Source: Candidatus Gallimonas sp. (lineage in GTDB: Bacteria; Bacillota; Clostridia; Christensenellales; Borkfalkiaceae). From it: 60,695 nt of DNA. Shown one piece after another: positions 17,437 to 26,053 of this stretch (position 1 is its first letter; each line of letters opens with the position of its first letter). The notes below the pieces were generated by a model that was not told the DNA's origin, did not search any database, and saw only the letters and a program-made list of their open reading frames with translations. The translations under genes and the position numbers were made by a program. The stretch covers positions 1 to 60,695 of the forward strand of contig DBGBVX010000005.1 of assembly GCA_048370055.1 (NCBI GenBank). The letters are read 5' to 3'.

Positions 17437-18690
17437 TTATCTGATTATCACAAGTCTCTTCTTCGCCCGCGTGACGGCGGTATACAGCCACTCGCGCCCG
17501 TTCTCGAAATAGCCCGATTCATCAATGACGACGACAAAGTCGTACTCCGAACCCTGCGCCTTGTGGCAGGTGACGGCATAGGCAAACTCGAACCTGCAGA
17601 CGGTATCTTCGCGGCGCACCTTGAAACGGCGGAGCATCTCGCGGTTATCTTCGTGCACCAAGATCCCGTTTGTGAGCAGGCAGGCGCGGTTGCCGTAGCC
17701 GTGGTAGTACTGCCCGCGCACGAAAACGCCCGTATCGAAGGGCAGATCCTCCACGCGGTCGGGCAGAAATTCGGGCTGAAAATCGAGCTGACCGAGCCCG
17801 TCGAGCTGTTCGCGGACGTGATAGCACGTTCCGATGATGCCGTTCACGAGGTGGAAATCCCCCTTTTCGTCGAGCGGCTTGCTCCAATCGTTGAGCGTGC
17901 AGATGATCTTTTCCCCCTCTTCGGGAAGGACCTGCTCGGGCGAAATACCGTGAAAGGCGCGCACTTCGCGGTTGACGAGGGCGCGCGTGCGGTTGGTGCC
18001 GACGATGATCTGATCCGCCTCGCAGAAAAGTTTTTGCCGTGCGGCGACGTCGAGCGAGCGGCGGGGAATGACGGACACGCTGCCGTATTCGCCGTACTGC
18101 GGGCGCTCCCCCGCGCGGATGCGCTCGGCAAGCCGCACGATGGGATTGTCGCGTTCCTGCCGCACGATCTCGCGGAGGGTGACGACGGGCGTCCGCAGCA
18201 GCGTATTGCTGCCGCCGACGGGCGGGAGCTGAGCGGGATCGCCGCAGCACAGGCACTTGACCCCGAACGACAGAAGATCCCTCAAAACGTCGTCGGAGAC
18301 CATGCTCGTCTCGTCGAGCACGATGAGTTTGATCTTGGAATCGATGGACTCCTTTTTGACAAAGCGCAAAAACTGCTCGGAGATGACTTCGCCGTTTTCG
18401 TCTACCTCGATATCCTCCTCGCGAGTATAGATGAGACTGTGCACCGTGGTGGCGGGCACGCCGTTGCGGATAAGCACGGAAGCGGCTTTCCCCGTGGGCG
18501 CGACGAACGCCGCGCTCTCCCCCGCGACGAGCCCGAGCGCGCGCACGATATAATCGACGAGAAAGGTCTTGCCCGTTCCCGCATAGCCGCACAGCACGAA
18601 GATCTGCGTATTCAGATGAAAATACCACGCCTCGATGAGCGCCGCAGCTTCCTGCTGACCGGCGGTGAGCGTGGGCGTATTCCCGTCCAT
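17437..18690 (-). CDS. SF1 RecD/Pif1-like ATP-dependent DNA helicase
   Basis: 417 aa with Walker A GYAGTGKTF, Walker B LIVLDETSM and the C-terminal SF1 motifs AVTCHKAQGSEYD and LYTAVTRAKKRLVII. Confidence 0.8.
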   Translation of the reverse strand: MDGNTPTLTAGQQEAAALIEAWYFHLNTQIFVLCGYAGTGKTFLVDYIVRALGLVAGESAAFVAPTGKAASVLIRNGVPATTVHSLIYTREEDIEVDENGEVISEQFLRFVKKESIDSKIKLIVLDETSMVSDDVLRDLLSFGVKCLCCGDPAQLPPVGGSNTLLRTPVVTLREIVRQERDNPIVRLAERIRAGERPQYGEYGSVSVIPRRSLDVAARQKLFCEADQIIVGTNRTRALVNREVRAFHGISPEQVLPEEGEKIICTLNDWSKPLDEKGDFHLVNGIIGTCYHVREQLDGLGQLDFQPEFLPDRVEDLPFDTGVFVRGQYYHGYGNRACLLTNGILVHEDNREMLRRFKVRREDTVCRFEFAYAVTCHKAQGSEYDFVVVIDESGYFENGREWLYTAVTRAKKRLVIIR

Positions 18691-18696
18691 ACGTCA

Positions 18697-18725
18697 AGTA
18701 TACTACGAAGCCTGCAAAAAAGCAA
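18697..18725 (-). promoter_or_regulatory. Promoter TTGCTT-17-TATACT placed 6 nt before the helicase ATG (leaderless candidate)
   Basis: -10 is at 18697-18702 (rc) and -35 at 18720-18725 (rc). Only TGACGT separates the -10 from ATG 18690, and there is no SD. Confidence 0.5.
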
Positions 18726-18793
18726 ACATTCGTTCAAAGTATTTTTGTTTTTTCTTCCCGCGCGAGGAATTTCTTTCACGCGCCCCCGATTTA

Positions 18794-18822
18794 TTGCAAA
18801 AATCCCGCGGATATGATAAAAT
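18794..18822 (+). promoter_or_regulatory. Promoter TTGCAA-17-TAAAAT for asnA
   Basis: TTGCAA is at 18794-18799 and TAAAAT at 18817-18822. A small hairpin GGCGGC/GCCGCC in the 40-nt leader precedes the AGGAG RBS. Confidence 0.55.
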
Positions 18823-18862
18823 AAAAGGCGGCGTGATCTGTGCCGCCGTCAGGAGTACAACG

Positions 18863-19846
18863 ATGTATCAGGCAAAACTCGACCTCGTCCGCACCGAGCG
18901 GGCGATCAAACTCGTAAAGGACGTATTTGAAAACAACCTCGCCGAAGCGCTCAACTTGACGCGCATCAGCGCGCCCCTCTTCGTGGCGCAGGGAAGCGGG
19001 CTCAACGACAACCTCAACGGCGTGGAGCGCCCCGTCTCCTTCGACGTAAAGGCGACGGGCGGCAGAGCGGAAGTCGTGCACTCGCTCGCCAAGTGGAAAC
19101 GCTATGCGTTGGCAAAATACCGCTTCGGACCCCGCTTCGGCTTATACTGCGACATGAACGCCATCCGCCGCGACGAGGACATGGACGCGCTGCACTCCAT
19201 CTACGTCGACCAATGGGATTGGGAGGTCGTCATCCTCCGCGAGGACAGAACGCGCGAATTCCTCGAAAAGACGGTGAAAAAGATATACGCGGCGATGCAG
19301 GCGACGGCGCGGAAGGTGTGCGACGCCTTCCCCGAACTCGACAATTACTTCCCCGACGGCATCGCGTTCGTGACGACGCAGGAGTTGGAGGACAGATACC
19401 CCGACCTCACGCCAAAGGAGCGCGAGCGCGCCTGCGTAAAGGAATACGGCGCGGCGTTCATCATGTGCATCGGCGGGAAACTCCGCTCGGGACAAAAGCA
19501 CGACGGGCGCTCCCCCGACTACGACGATTGGAACCTGAACGGCGACATCGTGGTGTACTACCCGCCGCTCGACTGCGCCTTCGAGCTCTCCTCGATGGGC
19601 ATCCGCGTGGACGAAAAGAGCCTCATCGCCCAACTTGCGGCTGAAAACTGCCTCGACCGCCTCGAGCTCCCCTTCCACAAGGCGCTCGCCGCGGGCGAAC
19701 TTCCCCTTACGATGGGCGGCGGCATCGGTCAGTCGCGCCTTTGCATGTTCCTTCTGAACAAGGTGCATGTGGGCGAAGTACAGGTCTCCGTATGGGACGA
19801 AAAGACGGAAACCTACTGCCGCGAGCACGGCATCGTGCTCATGTGA
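18863..19846 (+). CDS. asnA: Aspartate--ammonia ligase (asparagine synthetase A)
   Basis: 327 aa from ATG 18863. AsnA-type motifs are present: ISAPLFV, GLNDNLNG.ERPVSF, and a class II-like core DWDLNGDI/GGGIGQSRL. Confidence 0.9.
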   Translation: MYQAKLDLVRTERAIKLVKDVFENNLAEALNLTRISAPLFVAQGSGLNDNLNGVERPVSFDVKATGGRAEVVHSLAKWKRYALAKYRFGPRFGLYCDMNAIRRDEDMDALHSIYVDQWDWEVVILREDRTREFLEKTVKKIYAAMQATARKVCDAFPELDNYFPDGIAFVTTQELEDRYPDLTPKERERACVKEYGAAFIMCIGGKLRSGQKHDGRSPDYDDWNLNGDIVVYYPPLDCAFELSSMGIRVDEKSLIAQLAAENCLDRLELPFHKALAAGELPLTMGGGIGQSRLCMFLLNKVHVGEVQVSVWDEKTETYCREHGIVLM

Positions 19847-19847
19847 T

Positions 19848-20279
19848 CTAAGCGGAAAACTCGGCGTACAGGAGCCGCCCGAGGACGATGAGCTCCACGC
19901 GCACGGCGCCCCCTTCGAGCGCAAACGTGCGGCGGCGCTCCCCCGACGAAAAGGTGATACGCCCCTTTTCGATCTCGGCGTCATAGCCGAGCGCGTACGT
20001 TCCTTCCCCGCCCGAAGTCTTTTTCCATGTGAGCGACGCGTCGCCGCCGTAGCCGAGCTCGAGGCGGACATACTCGAAATCCTCCAAAAGATTGCGCCCC
20101 GCATAGGTGAGTTTTTCGCACGCATACACGCCCGTATACGGGCGGGAGAGCTCGCGGAGCGTGCTCATTTCGGAGACGGAACACCCCGAAAGCAGCAATG
20201 CCGCAAAAAGAAGCGGCGCAAGACAAGCAAATACCTTTCGCATACTTACAATATTTGCTTTTTTTCGTATTTTTTTCAT
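19848..20279 (-). CDS. Hypothetical lipoprotein
   Basis: 143 aa with a signal peptide and lipobox LLLSGC. The start is uncertain (ATG 20279 or 20243) and I recognise no family. Confidence 0.6.
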   Translation of the reverse strand: MKKIRKKANIVSMRKVFACLAPLLFAALLLSGCSVSEMSTLRELSRPYTGVYACEKLTYAGRNLLEDFEYVRLELGYGGDASLTWKKTSGGEGTYALGYDAEIEKGRITFSSGERRRTFALEGGAVRVELIVLGRLLYAEFSA

Positions 20280-20293
20280 GAGAGGGCAAAAGC

Positions 20294-21118
20294 ATGACGT
20301 TTGACTTCGAACTCGTGGGCAAGATCGGCTCGATGGCGCTCATCGACCGCGAGGACGGCATCATCGACTATACGCGCGTGGCGCGCATTTCACGCGAGCT
20401 GCGCCCCGGGTACATTTGGGTCACGAGCGGCGCGACGGAGATCGGGCGGCTCGACTACATTCAACGCACGGGCAGGGAGATCGCGGGCGAACACGCCAAG
20501 ACGGACTACGCCGCGCAGGGGCAGGCGATCCTGATGCAGACGTACCGCCAATTCGTGGATCCCTGCTACTCGGTGCGGCAGGTACTCGTGGAGCACCACC
20601 ACTTCAACGACGAAAAAAAGAGCGAGCACATCAAGGGACTGCTTTTGCGGTGCCGCGAACAGAACGCCATCCCCATCGTCAACTATAACGACGCCGTCTC
20701 CTCCGAGGAGAACAGGCGGCTCGAGATCATGGCGCTCACCCGCGGCAAGCGCCGCGTATTCGAATGCGTGGACAACGACGAGACGGCGGCGCGCATCGCC
20801 TGCCTCGTGAAGGCGCGCACGCTCGTGATTTTGACGAGCGTGGACGGCATCTATACCGACCCCGAGGATCCCGCGACCTTGGTAAAGACCATCTCGGGGA
20901 AGGACGCATACGAGCTCGTGGAGAACATCGAGCGGCACAAGGCTTACTGCGAGGGCGCCTCGCGCGCGGGCGCGAACGGCGCCAAGGCGAAACTCGAATA
21001 TGTAAAGGACGCCGCCGCGCAGGGCACCACCGTGTATATCGCCAACGCGAAATACACCCTCTCCGCCGTTTTAAGCGGCGATATCCCCTGCACAAAGATC
21101 GGGATCGACTTGAAATAA
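20294..21118 (+). CDS. Amino acid kinase family protein, divergent glutamate-5-kinase-like
   Basis: 274 aa with VGKIGSMALID (the KIGS nucleotide loop), VTSGATEIG, IPIVNYNDAVS, DNDETAARIA and LTSVDGIYTDPEDP. There is no PUA domain and no proA nearby. Confidence 0.65.
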   Translation: MTFDFELVGKIGSMALIDREDGIIDYTRVARISRELRPGYIWVTSGATEIGRLDYIQRTGREIAGEHAKTDYAAQGQAILMQTYRQFVDPCYSVRQVLVEHHHFNDEKKSEHIKGLLLRCREQNAIPIVNYNDAVSSEENRRLEIMALTRGKRRVFECVDNDETAARIACLVKARTLVILTSVDGIYTDPEDPATLVKTISGKDAYELVENIERHKAYCEGASRAGANGAKAKLEYVKDAAAQGTTVYIANAKYTLSAVLSGDIPCTKIGIDLK

Positions 21119-21134
21119 AAAACGGCGATATAAC

Positions 21135-21179
21135 GGGCGCGGGACTGCAAAAGGCAGTCCCGCGCCCACTTTTATTTTT
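21135..21179. terminator. Hairpin terminator between the kinase-like gene and mutM
   Basis: GGGCGCGGGACTGC-aaaag-GCAGTCCCGCGCCC followed by a T-rich run on the + strand. It overlaps the mutM stop. Confidence 0.7.
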
Positions 21180-21993
21180 GACAATAGGGACAAAACACCG
21201 AACTCCTGCCGCCGAGGACGACGCGCCGCAAAATATTCCCGCATACAGGGCAAGGCTCGCCGCCCTTTCCGTAAACGCGTAAAAAGGGCGTATTGCGATA
21301 GTCTTTTCCCTTGCTCAACGCATATTCCTCAAAGCTGATCGCGTTCTTTTCAATGAAGAATGACAGCCGTTCGGGGATCGCCGCGGCAAGGCGTTCAAAG
21401 TCATCGCCCGTGAGGGCGCCGCAAGGCTTGTCGGGCAGGATACCCGCGGCAAAGAGAATTTCGTCAGAATAGATATTGCCGATCCCCGCGATCACGCGCT
21501 GATCGAGCAGCATTGATTTGACGGGCTTTTTGCTGCTTTGGCACTTTTCCCGCAGATATGCCGCTGTAAGCGCGTCGTCGAACGGTTCCAATCCCAACGC
21601 CTCCGCGCCGCTGACGTCGGGCTCCCCCTTTTGGGCGAACCACAGTTTTCCCAAGCGGCGCACGTCCTCGTAGCGCAGCGCGCTGCCGTCGTCGAGCGCA
21701 AAAATAACGTGCGTATGCTTTTCCGACGGCGCCGCATGCGGCTCCACGGTCAGACAGCCCGTCATGCGCAGGTGTATCGTCACATGATCGCCGCTTTCAA
21801 ACAGCAATTTCAAAAACTTCCCGCGCCGCAGAAGCGCGGCGATCCTCTGCCCCGCCGCGCCCGCAATAAATTGCTCGGGAGAAGGGTCGGCTATGACCTG
21901 CGCATTATGTATTTGCACGCCTGCGATCGTCTTTTTCCGTAAGCGCGGTTCAAGCACCCGCCGCACCGTCTCTACTTCGGGAAGTTCGGGCAT
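21172..21993 (-). CDS. mutM: Formamidopyrimidine-DNA glycosylase
   Basis: 273 aa from ATG 21993 (N-terminus MPELPEVE). It has H2TH and a C-terminal zinc finger CPVCG...CPYCQ. The RBS is AGAGGTG. Confidence 0.9.
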   Translation of the reverse strand: MPELPEVETVRRVLEPRLRKKTIAGVQIHNAQVIADPSPEQFIAGAAGQRIAALLRRGKFLKLLFESGDHVTIHLRMTGCLTVEPHAAPSEKHTHVIFALDDGSALRYEDVRRLGKLWFAQKGEPDVSGAEALGLEPFDDALTAAYLREKCQSSKKPVKSMLLDQRVIAGIGNIYSDEILFAAGILPDKPCGALTGDDFERLAAAIPERLSFFIEKNAISFEEYALSKGKDYRNTPFLRVYGKGGEPCPVCGNILRRVVLGGRSSVFCPYCQK

Positions 21994-21997
21994 ACGT

Positions 21998-22879
21998 TCA
22001 CCTCTTTTTCGCTGATTTTTTGATCTGACTGTGGTAAAAATAATTGACGATGACGGGCGGCGCTTCAAACGGGCGGTTCATGGTGTCGTCGTCGGTCACA
22101 TATTCAAGCCCGATTTTTTGCGCATATGCGCACATCTCCCCGTCGAGCCACTGCCAATAATCGTTGTTGCCGCGCGTGTAGATATCGCGGTAGATCGGCA
22201 AAAGTTCGGGGCGTTTGCTCTGTATATATTGCATGATCTGCGGCTTGAAGGTCCCGCGCAGGTTGAGATTTTCCAACCATATGAGGTTGCAATTTTCTTT
22301 CGCCCGCCCGACGATCGCTTTTACGTCGGTGATTTCGGGGAATATGGGCGAGATAAAGCAGGTTGTGCGCACGCCTGCGTCGTGAAAAACCTTCATGGCG
22401 GCAAGCCTGCGCTCAACAGTAACTGCATTGTCCATATCCTCGCGGAAGCCCTCGTCGAGGGTGTTCACCGACCACGAAACGCGGGCGTTCGGAAATGTTT
22501 TTATCAGATCGAGATCGCGTAAAACAAGGTCTGATTTGGTGGCGATGGAGAGCTTTGCCCCGCTGCCCTGCAGCTGTTCGAGGACGGCGCGGGTGCGCTT
22601 ATACGTTTCCTCGCACGGTTGGTACGGGTCGGTGACGGAGCCGACGAATATCTCCTTGCCCGCATACTTTTCGGGATGCGCGATCGGCTTCCAATACTTC
22701 ACGTCGATAAATTCGCCCCACGTTTCCTCGTGCCCCGTAAACCGCTTCATAAAGCAGGCGTAGCAGTATCTGCACCCGTGTTCGCACCCGACGTAGGGGT
22801 TTAAGGAGTAATCGCACACGGGCAGGTCGGATTTGGTTATGACGTCTTTTACCTGTATTTCTCTTATGATCATTTCCAT
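21998..22879 (-). CDS. Radical SAM protein, SplB-like (COG1533 DNA repair photolyase family)
   Basis: 293 aa with CEHGCRYCYA, a CxxxCxxC cluster near the N-terminus. It stops 4 nt before the mutM start. Confidence 0.8.
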   Translation of the reverse strand: MEMIIREIQVKDVITKSDLPVCDYSLNPYVGCEHGCRYCYACFMKRFTGHEETWGEFIDVKYWKPIAHPEKYAGKEIFVGSVTDPYQPCEETYKRTRAVLEQLQGSGAKLSIATKSDLVLRDLDLIKTFPNARVSWSVNTLDEGFREDMDNAVTVERRLAAMKVFHDAGVRTTCFISPIFPEITDVKAIVGRAKENCNLIWLENLNLRGTFKPQIMQYIQSKRPELLPIYRDIYTRGNNDYWQWLDGEMCAYAQKIGLEYVTDDDTMNRPFEAPPVIVNYFYHSQIKKSAKKR

Positions 22880-22957
22880 CTTCCGAAGCGGATCTGTTTG
22901 CCGAGGTCGGGGTGATATTGCTCCAACTGCGGCTCTTCATTTTTTATCCTCCGCTGT

Positions 22958-23536
22958 TTATTGATTCAGCCATTTATCTTTTTCCGTGATGGCGCGGATC
23001 ACGCGGCAGGGATTGCCTGCGGCGATAACGCCTGCGGGAATATTCTTTGTAACGACGCTGCCTGCCCCGACAATGCTGTCATCGCCGATGGTCACGCCCT
23101 GCACGATCTTCACGTCGGCGGCGATCCATACGCGGTTGCCGATATGTACGGGTTTGGAAACCACCACGTTCGCAATGCGCTCGTCGGGGTCAAACGCGTG
23201 GTTCGTGGTGTATATGCCCACGCGCGGACCGAACATGACGTTGTTGCCGATCGTCACCTCGCCCATGTCGAAGATGATGCACCCGAAATTCATGAAAACA
23301 TGATCGCCGATGGTGATATTGCTGCCCATTTCACAGATGAAGTCGGGTTCGATGAAAACATTTTTGCCTACGCTGCGGAACAGCTTCCGCATGATCTCTT
23401 CGCGGACTTCCGCGTCTTCCTCGGTCGTCTGATTGTAAGCGCGGAAGAGCCTTTTCGCAACAAGCCTTCTCGCTTCGAGTTCGGGCGCTCTGTCGTTATT
23501 GGGCAGCCCCGCAAGCATTCTTTCCCATTCCGTCAT
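22958..23536 (-). CDS. Sugar O-acetyltransferase (maltose/galactoside acetyltransferase-like, LbH)
   Basis: 192 aa. The N-terminal Mac domain (MLAG..Y) is followed by hexapeptide repeats (IGDHVFMNFGCIIFD, IGNRVWIAADVKIVQGVTIGDDSIVGAGSVV). Confidence 0.85.
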   Translation of the reverse strand: MTEWERMLAGLPNNDRAPELEARRLVAKRLFRAYNQTTEEDAEVREEIMRKLFRSVGKNVFIEPDFICEMGSNITIGDHVFMNFGCIIFDMGEVTIGNNVMFGPRVGIYTTNHAFDPDERIANVVVSKPVHIGNRVWIAADVKIVQGVTIGDDSIVGAGSVVTKNIPAGVIAAGNPCRVIRAITEKDKWLNQ

Positions 23537-23997
23537 TGCCGTGCTCCTTTGATTTTATTGAATTGCCGTTCCATATTCTCCGTCAGTTTCGTCGTAAGAA
23601 AGACGAGTTTGGCAAGATCGTCGATCCCCAACTCCGCCATAGCGAGATTTTCCGCCGCGGCGGCGGGCGGGATGACCGTTTCCGCATACGCCTTTCCCTT
23701 TTCCGTAAAACGGATCAGCTTATTCCGCCTGCCCTCGGCGACTTCCTCGAAGAAGATGTAGCCCTTTTTTATAAATCTTCCCGTGATGGCGGCGATCGTC
23801 TGTTTGTTCACGGAGAGCCGCCCGCAGATCTCCTTCTGCGTACAGCCCTCCGGCGCAAACCACAAAATATCCAACACAAACAGCTCGTTTACGGTCAGCC
23901 CGTATTTTTTCGCGCACCCGTCATAGACGGCGTGCTGCCTGTCGCGCAGTCTGCAATATGCGTTCACCAAAACGTTGATCTCTTTTTGACGATCCAT
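23533..23997 (-). CDS. MarR family transcriptional regulator
   Basis: 154 aa from ATG 23997. It has a winged HTH (LTVNELFVLDILW...QKEICGRLSVNKQTIAAITGRFIKKGYI) and overlaps the acetyltransferase start by 4 nt. Confidence 0.85.
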   Translation of the reverse strand: MDRQKEINVLVNAYCRLRDRQHAVYDGCAKKYGLTVNELFVLDILWFAPEGCTQKEICGRLSVNKQTIAAITGRFIKKGYIFFEEVAEGRRNKLIRFTEKGKAYAETVIPPAAAAENLAMAELGIDDLAKLVFLTTKLTENMERQFNKIKGARQ

Positions 23998-24013
23998 GTT
24001 CTCCGCCTCAATT

Positions 24014-24029
24014 AGTCTGATATCATACT
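24014..24029. promoter_or_regulatory. Imperfect palindrome AGTCTGATATCATACT, candidate MarR operator
   Basis: The inverted repeat is centred on TGATATCA and sits immediately downstream of the marR -10 box. Confidence 0.45.
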
Positions 24030-24030
24030 G

Positions 24031-24059
24031 ATTATAACACCACGCACACGGACTGTCAA
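24031..24059 (-). promoter_or_regulatory. Consensus promoter TTGACA-17-TATAAT for the marR operon
   Basis: -10 is at 24031-24036 (rc), -35 at 24054-24059 (rc), and the spacer is exactly 17 nt. Confidence 0.7.
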
Positions 24060-24070
24060 CCCTTTTCGAA

Positions 24071-24099
24071 AAGAAAAATCGTGCCTGAAAGCACGATTT
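24071..24099 (-). terminator. Rho-independent terminator after the C_GCAxxG_C_C gene
   Basis: On the - strand, ATCGTGC-tttcag-GCACGAT is followed by TTTTTCTTTT. Confidence 0.7.
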
Positions 24100-24144
24100 C
24101 AATTCCGTTTGTACAGAGCGCAAAACGCAGCTCCGCGCCCGTTT

Positions 24145-24594
24145 TTATGCGTTGAACCTGCCGCGCTCGACGCAGATTTGTTCAAGGATGTCCGCCGCGT
24201 CGAAGATGAGTTCGGGGCATGGACGCTTTTTATAGTACTCCTCCGTGCGCTTTTCGGGATTGGGCGCGGTATCCGTTTTCAGCCCCGCGCCCCTCAAAAG
24301 TTCGCCGCAGTTGAAGGAGCCGTTCTTTGCCGCGAAACGGCGGGCGATCTCCTGCACGAGCGCGTATGCCTCGGCTTTGGAGAGTTCGGGAAAAAGCACG
24401 CCCGAGGCGACCGCCGCCCCCGCGACGGCGCCGCACGTCTGACGGAGCCGCCCCATGCCGCCGCCCAACGGGCGGGAAAAGGACTTTGCGAGCGTTTCGT
24501 CAAGCCCCGCGTCCTCCGCAAACGCCAAAACGACCGCCTGCGCGCAGTTATACCCCTCCAAAAACAGCGCCTTGGCGCGTTCCCCTCTCTTCAT
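24145..24594 (-). CDS. C_GCAxxG_C_C family protein
   Basis: 149 aa with the family-defining Cys pattern: YNCAQAV, TCGAVAGA, and C...C at the C-terminus. The RBS is GGAGGA. Confidence 0.8.
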   Translation of the reverse strand: MKRGERAKALFLEGYNCAQAVVLAFAEDAGLDETLAKSFSRPLGGGMGRLRQTCGAVAGAAVASGVLFPELSKAEAYALVQEIARRFAAKNGSFNCGELLRGAGLKTDTAPNPEKRTEEYYKKRPCPELIFDAADILEQICVERGRFNA

Positions 24595-24627
24595 CGGTGT
24601 TCCTCCATGAAAATTTTATTTACAATG

Positions 24628-24656
24628 TTGACAGACCCTCGAAAATCCTCTATAAT
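24628..24656 (+). promoter_or_regulatory. Consensus promoter TTGACA-17-TATAAT 6 nt before the PPTase ATG (leaderless candidate)
   Basis: TTGACA is at 24628-24633 and TATAAT at 24651-24656, followed by AACGCT and ATG 24663. There is no SD. Confidence 0.6.
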
Positions 24657-24662
24657 AACGCT

Positions 24663-25160
24663 ATGATCTGCGTATATTATACCACGGAAAAAGTGGAGAG
24701 CCGCGCGTTCTTGGCGCGCGTGCTCGAAGAATTTTACGGCATACGCGGCGCGGCGCGGCGGCTGCAATTTGGCTTGCACGGAAAGCCCTACTTAAAGGAC
24801 GCGCCCGTGCGGTTCAACCTCTCGCACAGCGGCGCGCTCACAGCCGTGGCTGCGGGGCGGCACCGCGTGGGGTTGGACGTTCAGAAGCGCGACGGCAAGC
24901 TGCGTGAAGCGATCCTTGCGCGCCTTACCCCCGCCGAGCGCGAAGAGGACTTTTTCCGCCTGTGGACGGCGAAGGAGGCGTACATCAAGTACTGCGGCGG
25001 TTCGCTCGCAGCGACGCTCCCCCGCCTTGTCTTTGAAGGCGGCACCCTCTATGAAGATGAAAAACTCGTACCCGCGCACCTTTTTTTCGACGAATTGGAA
25101 GGCTGCGCCCTCTGCGTCTGTTCAGAAAAGGAAGAAAATATCGTCTACCGCCCACTATAA
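24663..25160 (+). CDS. 4'-phosphopantetheinyl transferase superfamily protein (short Sfp-type)
   Basis: 165 aa with GKPYL...FNLSHSG, GLDVQ and WTAKEAYIKYCG motifs. The N-terminal subdomain is shorter than in classical Sfp. Confidence 0.75.
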   Translation: MICVYYTTEKVESRAFLARVLEEFYGIRGAARRLQFGLHGKPYLKDAPVRFNLSHSGALTAVAAGRHRVGLDVQKRDGKLREAILARLTPAEREEDFFRLWTAKEAYIKYCGGSLAATLPRLVFEGGTLYEDEKLVPAHLFFDELEGCALCVCSEKEENIVYRPL

Positions 25161-25940
25161 CACGTCGTACCAAACGTTGATTTCGGGAACGAGCGCCTGC
25201 GCCTTCGGCAGGCGCTCGTTGACTGCTGCGGGGAATTTTTTGGTGCCGACGCGCTTGCTCACGGGCGGGAAAGCGTCGTCGAAGTGATCGATCATCACGT
25301 TCTCGGGCGCGAACACATCGAGAAAGGGCTTGATCTCGCGGTGCATGCCCGTCCTGCCCTGATAGGGAAAGACGAGAAGATCGGCGCCCTTCGGATACGC
25401 CTCCCCTTCCGCCATGCCCGCCGACCCGAGCACGGCGACGGACTTTTCGCCGTCCGTGACATGAAAAACAAAGATCTCGTCCATGGGGATGATGTAGCGT
25501 TTCGCCGCGGAGAGCAGCCGCACAGCGTCCGCAAAATGCAGCCATGTGCGCGGGGAAAAGAGCACGCGGAATACGGTAGCTGCGTCGAACGCGCAGTGCC
25601 GCCCGCGGTACGCTGTGACGGTGAACGCCCCCGCGGCGACGCTTTCGCCCGCCCGCAGTTCGCGCATGACGGACGTATCGAGCCCGTTCCTCCGCGCGAG
25701 CGCAATGCCGCGCGCCGAGACGTAAACGGGGCGTTTTCCCTCGGAAAAGAAATCGGTATCGCAGAAATGGTCGATATGCGGATGCGTGATAAAGATCGTC
25801 TCCGCCTGCCGCGCCTCCTCCACGGGGAAGGGCGCGCCCGCGCGATCGAACTTCCGCAGATACGGGTCGATGAGCAGCCGCGTATCCCCGCTCTCCAACA
25901 GCAGGGACGCCGTGCCGCACCACATGATCTTCATATTCAC
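25155..25940 (-). CDS. MBL-fold metallo-hydrolase
   Basis: 261 aa with the ITHPHIDHF (HxHxDH) motif. The RBS is AGAGGTG. Confidence 0.8.
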   Translation of the reverse strand: MNMKIMWCGTASLLLESGDTRLLIDPYLRKFDRAGAPFPVEEARQAETIFITHPHIDHFCDTDFFSEGKRPVYVSARGIALARRNGLDTSVMRELRAGESVAAGAFTVTAYRGRHCAFDAATVFRVLFSPRTWLHFADAVRLLSAAKRYIIPMDEIFVFHVTDGEKSVAVLGSAGMAEGEAYPKGADLLVFPYQGRTGMHREIKPFLDVFAPENVMIDHFDDAFPPVSKRVGTKKFPAAVNERLPKAQALVPEINVWYDVL

Positions 25941-26018
25941 CTCTCTTTTGCTGCCAAACCATTATACGGGAGAAAGGGCGCGCTGTCAACCCCTTCGTAA
26001 AAACGGGCGGAGAAATCG

Positions 26019-26047
26019 TTGACAACGCCCGCCCTGCGGGGTACAAT
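26019..26047 (+). promoter_or_regulatory. Promoter TTGACA-17-TACAAT 6 nt before the TraX-family ATG (leaderless candidate)
   Basis: TTGACA is at 26019-26024 and TACAAT at 26042-26047, followed by TTTCAT and ATG 26054. There is no SD. Confidence 0.6.
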
Positions 26048-26053
26048 TTTCAT

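Noticed and set aside
17248-18816. A 522-aa ORF starting MPFAPQFAA..., plus similar peptide starts at 42068-42343 and fragments at 26745-27011, 27104-27373 and 2499-2996. Together these suggest a small repeated protein family.
   Set aside because: The shared peptides are simply translations of the repeat element. The frames are not conserved across the variable stems, there is no RBS, and the ORFs run on into antisense of real genes.
22599-22940. A 113-aa ORF with a good GGAGG RBS and ATG at 22940, just upstream of and overlapping the radical SAM gene in another frame.
   Set aside because: The radical SAM protein is complete from ATG 22879 (MEMIIREIQ...CEHGCRYCYA). The overlapping frame has no recognisable features and stays open only because of GC content. 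A short upstream ORF affecting coupling cannot be excluded but is not supportable as a gene.
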